Below are positions 1 through 8,650 of a stretch of DNA of 64,000 bases, piece by piece (the stretch's first letter is position 1; every line of letters starts with the position of its first letter). The translations under genes and the position numbers were made by a program. Source of the DNA: a virus (lineage: Duplodnaviria > Caudoviricetes); the IMG/VR virus record IMGVR_UViG_3300021295_000001; one strand, 5' to 3'. The notes under the pieces were generated by a model. It was not told the DNA's origin, made no database searches, and saw nothing but the letters and a program-made list of their open reading frames with translations.

Positions 1-1
1 C

Positions 2-1858
2 GAGAACCTCGACGAATACTACCCCAGTTTCGCCGTCGGGACCACGCAGGTCGAGCGCTACCAATACGAGCCAGACACGTTCGTTTTCGACGCCCCCGAG
101 CAGTTGGAGGCGTACAAACTTTCCAAACCCACCATATTCAGATTCGGGAAGTCCGAGGGAAAATTCACCGAGGACCTCACTCTCAAGGATTTCATCGAGA
201 AGGGTGAATACGTCGCCGACATCACGCCAGAGGACAAGGCCCGCATAAAGAGGTCCCTTAACAACAAGGTGGGACGCTCCACCCTTTTGCACGACGGGCT
301 CCTGAAGGAATCCGCCGTCACCGACGATTCCATCGACTACCTTAGGGATTGGTTGCAATTGGGCAAGGAACCCCACATGAAGGGATTCGACGCCGACGCC
401 AAGAAGGCGTTCATCGTGTTCCCGACAGGGGTGGACGTCGAGGACCTAAAGTCCAAAAGCGGAATCGGAACTTGGCTCGACGAGCACGGTTTCGATTGGA
501 AGGCCGAGAAGACCGACTACACCTACAAAACGGTCGGGTCCTTCAACACGAGGACCATGAGCAAATCTGGCGCTGGTCGCGACAGGACGCTCAAGGACAG
601 GGTCAGGCTCGACGTATCTTGGGGCGACGACGGCCTCAACGAGGACATCGAGGTCCACGACGAACTCAATCCGAAACTCTTCGACGGGGACGAACTCAAA
701 CCAGAGGTCAAGGAAGCCGTCAGGAACATCGCCGACGCGTTCATGGAAGGGTTGGCCGAGGATGGCATAAAGTTCAACCTCAAGGACATCGTCCTCATCG
801 GCTCCAACGTGAACTACAACTACAACAAGGACAGCGATTTGGACATCCACCTAATCGCCGATTCGTCTGGATTGGAATGCCCAGACGAACTGTACCCGCT
901 CCTATATTCCGCCTACCGTAGCATCTTCAACAAGAACTACGAGATAACCATCAAGGGAATCCCCGCCGAGATTTACGTGGAGATGGACGAACCGCAGGGA
1001 AGGTCCAACGGCGTATACTCAATCAACGACGGTTGGGTCAAGAAGCCCGAGCGCAGGGAAATCCCCGAAATAGACATGGAGGCATTCGAAAAACTCTTCT
1101 CCGAGTGGGAGGACAGGTACTTCGAGGTCAAGAAGGAGGCCGAGGAGGAACTCGCTTCGCGCGAGCATCCGCTCGACGAGTCCTTGATAACCGAGGGAAC
1201 AACGTCGGCCGACGTCTACGACTTCGTGGAGGACGTATACGACCTGCGTAAGGAATCCATCGCCAAGGACGGCGAGTTCGGATTGGGCAACCTCGTTTTC
1301 AAGCAGATGCGCGCCCTCGGTTACCTCGACGAACTGAAGGAACTTATAAGGCAACTTAAGTCGAAGGAACTGTCGCTAGAGAACCTAAGCGAATCGGCCG
1401 AGGGGAAATCCGAAGTCGAGGAACTGTTCTGGAACATCAGGGACGAGGACGACAAGGTAGCGGTCGCAATCCTCGACAAGCACAACGGGAAGAACATAAT
1501 GTACGACGCGAAGAAGGACAAGATAGTGCCCGTTCCCAAATCCAAAACCAAGAACCGCTTCGCCGTCACAAGGGAGCAACTGAGGGACGGCGTGTTGGCC
1601 TCAGAGGAGGAGATGCGCTCGTTCATGAAGGAAGTCGGAGGCGACGAAATCGTGTTCTACGCCGACAGGGACAACCTTTGGGGCGGTGAGTACAGCGTCA
1701 TAACCAAAGACGAGGAAAAGGCCCGCAAAGCCTGCGCGAAATACAATCAGGACGGATACGCCGTCTTCAATTCGAAGGGCGATTACGAGATGTCCCGCGA
1801 CAGAAACGGCGAGAGAATCAGGGAGAAACCAGTTGACAAAGCCTCCGAACCCGAGTAA
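2..1858 (+). CDS. Modular acidic protein with a Pol-beta-superfamily nucleotidyltransferase domain (5'-truncated by the window)
   Basis: The frame is open from position 2, so the ORF-track start at 104 is not the true start. Motif LIGSNVNYNYNKDSDLDIHL (GS..DxD), then ..EIYVE and a C-terminal GEFGLGNLVFKQMR helix. Modules are separated by LKES, LNED, ESLITE and NLSES. Confidence 0.75.
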   Translation, partial: ENLDEYYPSFAVGTTQVERYQYEPDTFVFDAPEQLEAYKLSKPTIFRFGKSEGKFTEDLTLKDFIEKGEYVADITPEDKARIKRSLNNKVGRSTLLHDGLLKESAVTDDSIDYLRDWLQLGKEPHMKGFDADAKKAFIVFPTGVDVEDLKSKSGIGTWLDEHGFDWKAEKTDYTYKTVGSFNTRTMSKSGAGRDRTLKDRVRLDVSWGDDGLNEDIEVHDELNPKLFDGDELKPEVKEAVRNIADAFMEGLAEDGIKFNLKDIVLIGSNVNYNYNKDSDLDIHLIADSSGLECPDELYPLLYSAYRSIFNKNYEITIKGIPAEIYVEMDEPQGRSNGVYSINDGWVKKPERREIPEIDMEAFEKLFSEWEDRYFEVKKEAEEELASREHPLDESLITEGTTSADVYDFVEDVYDLRKESIAKDGEFGLGNLVFKQMRALGYLDELKELIRQLKSKELSLENLSESAEGKSEVEELFWNIRDEDDKVAVAILDKHNGKNIMYDAKKDKIVPVPKSKTKNRFAVTREQLRDGVLASEEEMRSFMKEVGGDEIVFYADRDNLWGGEYSVITKDEEKARKACAKYNQDGYAVFNSKGDYEMSRDRNGERIREKPVDKASEPE

Positions 1859-1861
1859 TAT
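1833..1861 (+). promoter_or_regulatory. sigma70-type promoter
   Basis: TTGACA(1833)-17 nt-TAATAT(1856). Confidence 0.6.
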
Positions 1862-1884
1862 ATAAGGGCATGGAGGAAAAACCA

Positions 1885-2199
1885 ATGGCAAAAGAAGAAT
1901 TCGACGCAATCAACAACTCGCAATACAAGGAAGCAATCGCCAAGTACTTCGATTACTCGTTCGACTTCGCCTTCCTGGACATCGTCGCCAGAATCATCGA
2001 CAGGGTCGAGGACTTCTCAGACACCGAGGAAATCTACGAGGCGATGGACTCCGCGCTAATCTACACCGAGGACCAGTGGAGGGTCATGATGCATTATCAA
2101 ACCCCGAGCGAGGCCGACTTCGGGACCGCCTGCGAATACCTTCTGTCTGACGTGGAGGCCATCTGCGAGCACATCGCGGAAGCCTCCGACGAGGCCTGA
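1885..2199 (+). CDS. Small acidic protein, possible Ocr-like DNA mimic
   Basis: GGAGG RBS before ATG 1885; very D/E-rich; segment IYEAMDSALIYTEDQWRVM. Confidence 0.45.
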   Translation: MAKEEFDAINNSQYKEAIAKYFDYSFDFAFLDIVARIIDRVEDFSDTEEIYEAMDSALIYTEDQWRVMMHYQTPSEADFGTACEYLLSDVEAICEHIAEASDEA

Positions 2200-2231
2200 T
2201 TCACGAAACCGCAAAAACGCGCGAATCGTAA

Positions 2232-2240
2232 TGCTAAATT
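2232..2240 (+). promoter_or_regulatory. Putative phage late promoter TGCTAAATT
   Basis: One of 9 copies of (T)GCTAAATT found at gene or operon boundaries. Confidence 0.65.
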
Positions 2241-2307
2241 ATAAGCCCCGCCCAAAAGGCGTGAAAACGGCGCCCCGCACCCAGTGTTCGGGAACGCAGT
2301 ATAATAA

Positions 2308-3475
2308 GGGTGTCCGACGCGGATTCGTCCGCCTCGGGTCCGATTCGGATTCGTCCGATTCGGGACTGACGATGACCCAACGTCGTTAACCAGGGTCGTG
2401 ACGGCGGAACCCCATCAACGGGGTCCGCACGTCGAACTGAGCGGTGCATCGCTCGAAGCGGGTCGGCCCGCGAACAAACTTGCACACCCCATCGGGAGGG
2501 TCGACTCCTTCCGTATGAACGCGGGGATATGACGGGACCCCGTAGGCGCGGTCAAAACCGCGGTTCCCAGACGGCTTCGTCTGGGAGGGGAAGGAAAACC
2601 CCGAAAACCAAAGCGCCGAGCGATAACCACGTTAGAGCCGTGGGCTCTCCGCATCCAGATACGGTACGGGGAGCGCTGGTTGTAGCGCGTCTCGGCACTC
2701 ACGACCGCCACGTCGTTAAACTGCCAACGGTGGCTTCGGGTTCGATTCCCGAACCGTCCTGATAGACAATATCTGGGCGGTGAAGTATGGGCAGGTTGCC
2801 ACAGTCCACCGTTAAACGTCTTGGAGGCGAGACGTTAAATCCCTTCCCGAGCAGCAAGGCACTCGTTAAAAGAGTCTTTCAGTACAGCGTGGGCAGGAGT
2901 TAGTCCCGTTCCTTATAACCGTGGAACGCACGAAAGAGGTCGCCAACATCGGCGACCGCAAGTAATGGTCGGCAATGATTCGCCGATGGGCAAAACACCC
3001 TTAATGTGCCCTCACCCTTTAACGGAACATGGATAGGCTCGGGAGGACCCGCGCGGGGCCATTGAAGGACCTTCTGGTTGAAAGGCGGACGGACCGCGCA
3101 ATTAAGGTGGGTTTTCGGGAGAATAGGAACCAGCGAGAACATCCCGACGTCCTAATGTGTCAGACCAACGCGGTGCACCGCTAACCTGACCGCATTGGGA
3201 CGTTAAACATCCTAACGCGACGCCCAGCAATGGGCTATGCCAAGGGACCGCATCGCGGTGGGTATGGCCACGACGCACCGACGGACCCCGTATTCGGGGA
3301 CCGACTCGGCAGTCATAATGTGTGGCCCTTGGCCCACCCAATGGCGCACGCGGTTCGGCGAGTCGCGATTCTGGGAAACGTGCGCCACAACGGTTGCTCC
3401 CCCGTGGCAGTCAACCGACAGACGGGTCCACAAAAACCCTTCGAAGGTAAGCGCCCAAAAGGCGCTTTTCCTTTT
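2308..3475 (+). ncRNA. Candidate large structured non-coding RNA (~1.15 kb); family unassigned
   Basis: No ORF with phage-like codon usage; TATAAT at 2300; many perfect stems with UUCG, GNRA or T-loop caps; long-range helices; intrinsic terminator at 3449-3475. Confidence 0.7.
3449..3475 (+). terminator. Rho-independent terminator
   Basis: AAGCGCC-CAAAA-GGCGCTT followed by TTCCTTTT. Confidence 0.7.
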
Positions 3476-3481
3476 GTTTGG

Positions 3482-3490
3482 TGCTAAATT
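3482..3490 (+). promoter_or_regulatory. Putative late promoter TGCTAAATT
   Basis: Directly after the terminator and before the neck gene. Confidence 0.7.
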
Positions 3491-3521
3491 CACTGATATT
3501 GCCCTAGGGTTATTGTTCAGC

Positions 3522-4232
3522 ATGGATTTGAAGGATTACATCTCAAACATAAAACTCGAATTGACTGGCGGTTTGCTTGAGTTGGAGATTGACGACGAAG
3601 TGATAGCGAAGGTCGTCAACCAATCGCTCAGGGAGGTCCAAAGGTACATAGACGAATCCAGGTTCATAGAGGTACCTTTCGCCAGTTGCATCGACATCGC
3701 TGGGTTCAAATGCTCGGCGATAAAGAAGGTGTACAGGGTAAGCCCCATAGGGGGCGCGGTGTCTGGCTCGTCCAGCGCCATAGACCCGATGTACGCGCAG
3801 ACGTGGGCCCTGTACGGGATAAACAACGCGACGTACAACATAACGCAATTCGCCTACAACTACGCGTCGTACAACACCGTCCTCCAAATAAGGAACTCCC
3901 TGTCGACAGACCTGGCGTTCAGGATGGACAAGCAGGGTGAGAAACTGTACGTCAACGTATCTGGCAACTACCCCGAGAGAATCGTGATTGAGTACATCCC
4001 CATATTCGAGGACGTTTCCGAGGTCAAGGACGCCTATTGGATTGACATACTCCAGAGGCTGTCCCTCGCCATGACGAAGAGGATTCTGGGCAGGGTCAGG
4101 ACCAGGTTCACCCAATCCAACGCCCTTTGGCAACAGGACGGCGAGACCATGCTCGAGGAGGGCAACAGGGAACTGTCCGAGATAAGGGAGATACTGAGGA
4201 CCAATTCCTCGTTGTTCTACCCGATAGATTGA
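3522..4232 (+). CDS. Neck/head-tail adaptor protein (T4 gp13-like)
   Basis: Start MDLKDYISNIKLELTGGLLELEIDD; C-terminus KRILGRVRTRF..DGETMLEEGNRELSEI is typical of gp13-like proteins. The ORF-track extension from 3237 crosses a terminator. Confidence 0.7.
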   Translation: MDLKDYISNIKLELTGGLLELEIDDEVIAKVVNQSLREVQRYIDESRFIEVPFASCIDIAGFKCSAIKKVYRVSPIGGAVSGSSSAIDPMYAQTWALYGINNATYNITQFAYNYASYNTVLQIRNSLSTDLAFRMDKQGEKLYVNVSGNYPERIVIEYIPIFEDVSEVKDAYWIDILQRLSLAMTKRILGRVRTRFTQSNALWQQDGETMLEEGNRELSEIREILRTNSSLFYPID

Positions 4233-4271
4233 CGCGATATAATAATAAATAATAATAAAAGGAGTCGCAAA

Positions 4272-6917
4272 ATGGCCGAAAAAAGCAGACTGGAGATGTT
4301 AGCCTCCAAACTAAACAGGAAACGCGAGGAACTAAACCGCGCTGGTTTTCACGTCGAAGGGACAAGCGACATGGACGTCACGTCGAATTTCAACGACGTG
4401 ATGCCGTTCGTGGCGGTTTACGAGAGCACGGTGATGTCGGAGTTCCCAGAACTCGGCTCCATCGACGAGGCCCTATGCGGACACGACCTCTTCACCGAAA
4501 TGACCGAGAACGGCCTTGATGACAAGACCGCGATAGAATTCATCACGGAGACGATTGGGAAGGCGCTTGGGTCGGACGAAGACGACGAAGAACACGTTGG
4601 CGAATCCTCGCTGACGGAGGGTGCTTCCAACTTCCACGGGGACGGTGGCGCCGAATGGTTGCCTTTATTGGTCTTCATGTCTGACGAAGAGGTATGGGAC
4701 AAAATCAAATACTATGCCGAGCAGGAATACGTCGGCCACGAGGATGAGCAGGATTGGGACGAGTTCCTCCAGGAATTCGCCGACGAGCACTACGACGAAT
4801 ACTCGCAAGGCGTCTGCGTCTTGGACGACGACGAGATTAAGGCCCTCGAGGAGAAGATTGACGAGTTCAACTACGAAATTCACAGGCAAGGCGAGTCCAT
4901 CACTGGTACCGAGGAATACGACGACGGCGACATACTGAAGAACTCCGAGACCGAGATTAAGGGCGGTTATTACGAGGGCTATCAGATTTTCACCGAGTTC
5001 CAGTACAAGGACGACGAGAACCTATCCGAGGAACTCAGGAAGCCGTTCCAGGATTTCTACGCGGAAATCAAAAAGGAATTCGGTTTGACCGAACTTTCCG
5101 TCGCCTACAAGGCGTCCAACGGGGAGACTGGCTACAGAATCGTCGAGGAGGCCCGCGACGAAGCCAAGCGCAACCACAGACTCGGAGAATGCGACAAAGT
5201 CAAGGAATCCGTGAGTTGGTCCTATTTCGACAAATTCGACCCCATATTCGACCAATACCTTCCCGATTACGGGGAGGGCGACGACATGGCCACCCAAGCG
5301 GTGACCGCCGTGTGCAAACTCGTTTACAAGTGGTACAACGACGGCGACGTTTTCGACAACGTCATGCAGAGGTCCATCGTCGGGTTCGGCAACGACCTGG
5401 CGTCATACGCGAACTGGCTTTACCACAACGTCCCCGAGACCAGGAAAATCCTCACGGGAATCAAAAAGGTTAGGAAGGACGGGGATTACGAGGACCTACT
5501 CCAAAAATTGGCCGACGCCGTTTTGGACGCCGAAAAACTCGATGGCCTCAGCCAAAGGAAAAAGGAAGGCTCCGTGTACGAAGGCGACTTCCCGTTCTCA
5601 TACGAGTTCCGTAGCGAAAGCGAATACGACGAATCTCTTCACGAAGACGATGACGAAATCGAGGAAGACGATGAACCTTGGGTTGGATATAAGATTTCCA
5701 CACCAGATTTTCCAGATTCGGAAGATGTGTATTTCGACGATTTAGAAGAAGCGAAAAAGGCATTTGATAAACTCATCGACGAAGGAACAAAGCAAGTAAG
5801 ACTGTATGCAGTTCAGGAGGCGGAATTTTCATATGGCGAGGACATCGAGGAATTGTTGTTCTCTTATGACGACGATGACGAAGACGAATCCATCAAGGAG
5901 TCCAGTAAGGACTACTACGAATACCCCGCTGGCTCTGGTTGCCACGTAAGGGAGACCGAATCCAAATTCGTCGCCATAGGCAAAAACGGGGAGACAATCG
6001 GCGAATCCGACACCAAGGCTGGAGCCGAGGCCCTAATCGACGCCCAATGCAAGGAATGCGTTAATGAGGACACCGTGAAGCAGGGTGGCCACTGGGTCAA
6101 CAAAGGCAAGGAAGGCACCCACGGAAAGTTCAGGACCAAGAAGCAGGCCGACGCCCAGCGCAAGGCCATGTTCGCCAACGGATACAAGGAATCCACTGAC
6201 CTTGGGGAAGGTGTTAAATACCACGATTTCTTGGACGATAAGGAAAAGATGAGGGATTTCAAAAAACTATCAAAGAGTGATTTCCTTAAATCGTATTCCT
6301 ATCTGACGGAACTTGAATACGACCTTACCGCTAAAGCGCTTAAAGACAAAAATAAAGCCAACGAATCCGCCGACTTGGGAGAATCCAAGAATAGCGATAA
6401 CCCGTATCTTAAGAACACCCGCATCAAACTCGGCAAAGGCGAGCACGTCAACAAAAACGCTGGCGACCCAGTCAAGAACATGCAGGCCTTCAACCACGCC
6501 ATGGGCGAAGGAATCGACGCCGAAGCCGAACCAGAAGGCGAGTGCGACCACGATTGCGAGGCTTCCATGCTCTCCAACGAGTTCAGCAAAAACGTCAAGG
6601 ACGAATGGGACGCCATCGAGGGATACAACATCCTCAAAACGGAGATAGAGGCGTCGAGCCTCACCGACGAGGAGAAGGCCAAACTGGTCGCCATCGTCGA
6701 CGACATCCGCGGTGAGGAATACAGGCACGTTGGCCAATTGGAGACCGCCGTCAAGACGGTCGCCCCGCAGGCCGACGACATAGAGAAGGGCAAGGAGGAG
6801 GCCGACGGGCAGGAAGCGTCCGCCGAGCATCACGAAGAGCCCGAGGAACACGCTGAGGAAATCGCCTCCGAAGAGGAGGAGACCATCGTGGAGCCCAAGG
6901 AGGGAGAAGGCGAATAG
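4272..6917 (+). CDS. Large acidic modular protein; putative protease-processed virion internal polyprotein with a C-terminal ferritin-like module
   Basis: AAGGAG RBS; repeated linkers ESSLTE, ESLHE, ESIKES, ESTDLGE, ESADLGE; C-terminal EWDAIEGY..IRGEEYRHVGQL. Confidence 0.6.
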   Translation: MAEKSRLEMLASKLNRKREELNRAGFHVEGTSDMDVTSNFNDVMPFVAVYESTVMSEFPELGSIDEALCGHDLFTEMTENGLDDKTAIEFITETIGKALGSDEDDEEHVGESSLTEGASNFHGDGGAEWLPLLVFMSDEEVWDKIKYYAEQEYVGHEDEQDWDEFLQEFADEHYDEYSQGVCVLDDDEIKALEEKIDEFNYEIHRQGESITGTEEYDDGDILKNSETEIKGGYYEGYQIFTEFQYKDDENLSEELRKPFQDFYAEIKKEFGLTELSVAYKASNGETGYRIVEEARDEAKRNHRLGECDKVKESVSWSYFDKFDPIFDQYLPDYGEGDDMATQAVTAVCKLVYKWYNDGDVFDNVMQRSIVGFGNDLASYANWLYHNVPETRKILTGIKKVRKDGDYEDLLQKLADAVLDAEKLDGLSQRKKEGSVYEGDFPFSYEFRSESEYDESLHEDDDEIEEDDEPWVGYKISTPDFPDSEDVYFDDLEEAKKAFDKLIDEGTKQVRLYAVQEAEFSYGEDIEELLFSYDDDDEDESIKESSKDYYEYPAGSGCHVRETESKFVAIGKNGETIGESDTKAGAEALIDAQCKECVNEDTVKQGGHWVNKGKEGTHGKFRTKKQADAQRKAMFANGYKESTDLGEGVKYHDFLDDKEKMRDFKKLSKSDFLKSYSYLTELEYDLTAKALKDKNKANESADLGESKNSDNPYLKNTRIKLGKGEHVNKNAGDPVKNMQAFNHAMGEGIDAEAEPEGECDHDCEASMLSNEFSKNVKDEWDAIEGYNILKTEIEASSLTDEEKAKLVAIVDDIRGEEYRHVGQLETAVKTVAPQADDIEKGKEEADGQEASAEHHEEPEEHAEEIASEEEETIVEPKEGEGE

Positions 6918-6955
6918 CCTTCCTTTCCGCTTATAACCAAGGAGGAACGACATCA

Positions 6956-8635
6956 ATGTTCGGAATCAAATACGCGTTCATGCCACTCGTTCAATACGAG
7001 GACGAAGAGGAGGCCTACATAAGGTCTTTGCGCGAGGCCAAGGAAACCACGTTCGACATATCCGAGGATGGAATGTTCGACAGGGGCAACGCCTATTTCT
7101 ACGCGAGGACTGGTAGCAAGGTCGATTTGGACGGCAAGGAATACACCGTCACGACCGACGAGGAAGGCAACCACAGGATTGGCTATTCCGACACGATATA
7201 CCTTAAGGACGCCGACGGCAACGTAACGACCGTGTCCAAGGCCGAGTTCATCGAGAAGGCCACGCTCCTGAAAGAGGAGGCCAAGCCCGAGGAATACGGC
7301 GTTTGGCAGAACGTCGAGGCATCGAAGTACAAGAGCGGTGACCTCGCCGTTGGCTTCGTCGCCAAAGGCATGTCCAAGGAGGAAGCCGAGGCCAAAGCCA
7401 AGGAACTCTCCGACAAATACTGCAAATTCGGCGCTTGCACCTACGAGGTCAGGAAGGTCGACGAGTCGTTGGCCGAATCAGCCATCGTCGAGGAGCCCAT
7501 CAAGTTGCTCGAACCCAAGTTCGATTCCAGGAAATCCTTCTACAAGAAAGCCAAGGTCGACGAAAGGGAAGACGGCACGAAGATACTTTGGTCGTACAAC
7601 ACCCCAGTCTGCAAGATAAAGGACGGGAAGGCCACGTTGCTCAAGAGGGGTTACCTCGGATGGTTCTCCTCCCCCACCACGCTCCGCCACGTGAAGGACT
7701 TCCTCCAGCAGAACGGATTCAAGATAGGTTCGAAATCGGAACTCGCCAAGATGTACGAAACCGAACGCTACGACGAGTCGCTAATCACCGAGGCGGACGC
7801 CATGAAGGCCAACCTAGACGACGAGAAGGAGGTCGGGGAAGCCAAGGAAATCCTGACCAAGGAACACGACGAGGAAGTGGAGCAGATAGTGGACGTCGAC
7901 GCCAACACCGTCGCGGAACTCAAGGACTCCTACGTCGGTAACGTCATATTGCAATGCCCCGTGTGCAGGACGTTGCTCTACAAGAAGCCAGACGCCATCG
8001 AGAAAGCCGAGGATTCCGACATATACAACGTCGGCGAGGCCTGCCTGCATTGCGGTAGCGAGGACGGATACGGCTTGGTTGGCCAGGTCGCCGAACTGTC
8101 CGTGAAACCAGAAGTGGAGGACGACTCCACCACTGGCAAGGAAACAGATTCCCCCGACGTCGAGCCCGACAAGGAGGGCACCGAGTCCGAGGACGAGGTA
8201 GGCGTTGAGGTCGAGGAGACCGAGAAGGTCGGGGAACCCGTGGTAGAGGAATCGCTCGCCAAGCCCGCAGAGGCCGACGAATTCGACGACGCGTCGTTCA
8301 ACGCGCTGGTCACCGATTTCCTTACCGAGACTTACAACAACGTCACGGGATTCACCGCCAACGAGGTGACGAAGGAAGGCTCGGACATAACCGTGTCTGG
8401 CTCAATCGCCTACGCGAGCGGTAAGGAACGCTCGACCGAGTTCAAACTGAAGGAGTCCGTCGAAGGCGGTTCAATCTCCTGGGAGGGTTCGAACCCGACG
8501 TTCGCTGGCGGTTCGTTCAGATTCGACGTCGTCAGCGAGGGGAACGTGGCGAAGGCCAAGGCCCTGTCCTACGAGATTGAGGCCAAGTCCGTCAACGAGT
8601 CCTACAAGGTCAAGGGGCGCATATCCCGCGCCTAA
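6956..8635 (+). CDS. Acidic modular protein with Zn-ribbon; putative virion internal polyprotein
   Basis: AAGGAGG RBS; linkers SLREA, LLKEE, DESLAES, DESLITEA; CPVC..CLHC; internal SFYKKAKV..SYNTPV..TTLRHVKDFL module. Confidence 0.55.
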   Translation: MFGIKYAFMPLVQYEDEEEAYIRSLREAKETTFDISEDGMFDRGNAYFYARTGSKVDLDGKEYTVTTDEEGNHRIGYSDTIYLKDADGNVTTVSKAEFIEKATLLKEEAKPEEYGVWQNVEASKYKSGDLAVGFVAKGMSKEEAEAKAKELSDKYCKFGACTYEVRKVDESLAESAIVEEPIKLLEPKFDSRKSFYKKAKVDEREDGTKILWSYNTPVCKIKDGKATLLKRGYLGWFSSPTTLRHVKDFLQQNGFKIGSKSELAKMYETERYDESLITEADAMKANLDDEKEVGEAKEILTKEHDEEVEQIVDVDANTVAELKDSYVGNVILQCPVCRTLLYKKPDAIEKAEDSDIYNVGEACLHCGSEDGYGLVGQVAELSVKPEVEDDSTTGKETDSPDVEPDKEGTESEDEVGVEVEETEKVGEPVVEESLAKPAEADEFDDASFNALVTDFLTETYNNVTGFTANEVTKEGSDITVSGSIAYASGKERSTEFKLKESVEGGSISWEGSNPTFAGGSFRFDVVSEGNVAKAKALSYEIEAKSVNESYKVKGRISRA

Positions 8636-8650
8636 CGAAAGGAGGGACCC

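Noticed and set aside
2634-2675. Group II intron domain V-like GAGCCGT..ACGGT
   Set aside because: Stem and loop do not fit the domain V consensus, an alternative hairpin AGAGCC/GGCTCT exists, and there is no interrupted gene or reverse transcriptase.
2670-2760. tRNA or tmRNA suggested by GGGTTCGATTCCC
   Set aside because: No acceptor stem with CCA, no D or anticodon arm, and no tmRNA 5' end or tag ORF. Treated as a T-loop within the larger RNA.
2384-3207. CRISPR-like array suggested by the CGTTAAA repeats
   Set aside because: Repeats are only 7 nt and irregularly spaced; no cas genes in the window.
3237-3521. 95-codon N-terminal extension of the neck ORF
   Set aside because: It crosses structured RNA, a terminator and the late promoter, and its composition is unlike phage proteins. 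ATG 3522 fits better.
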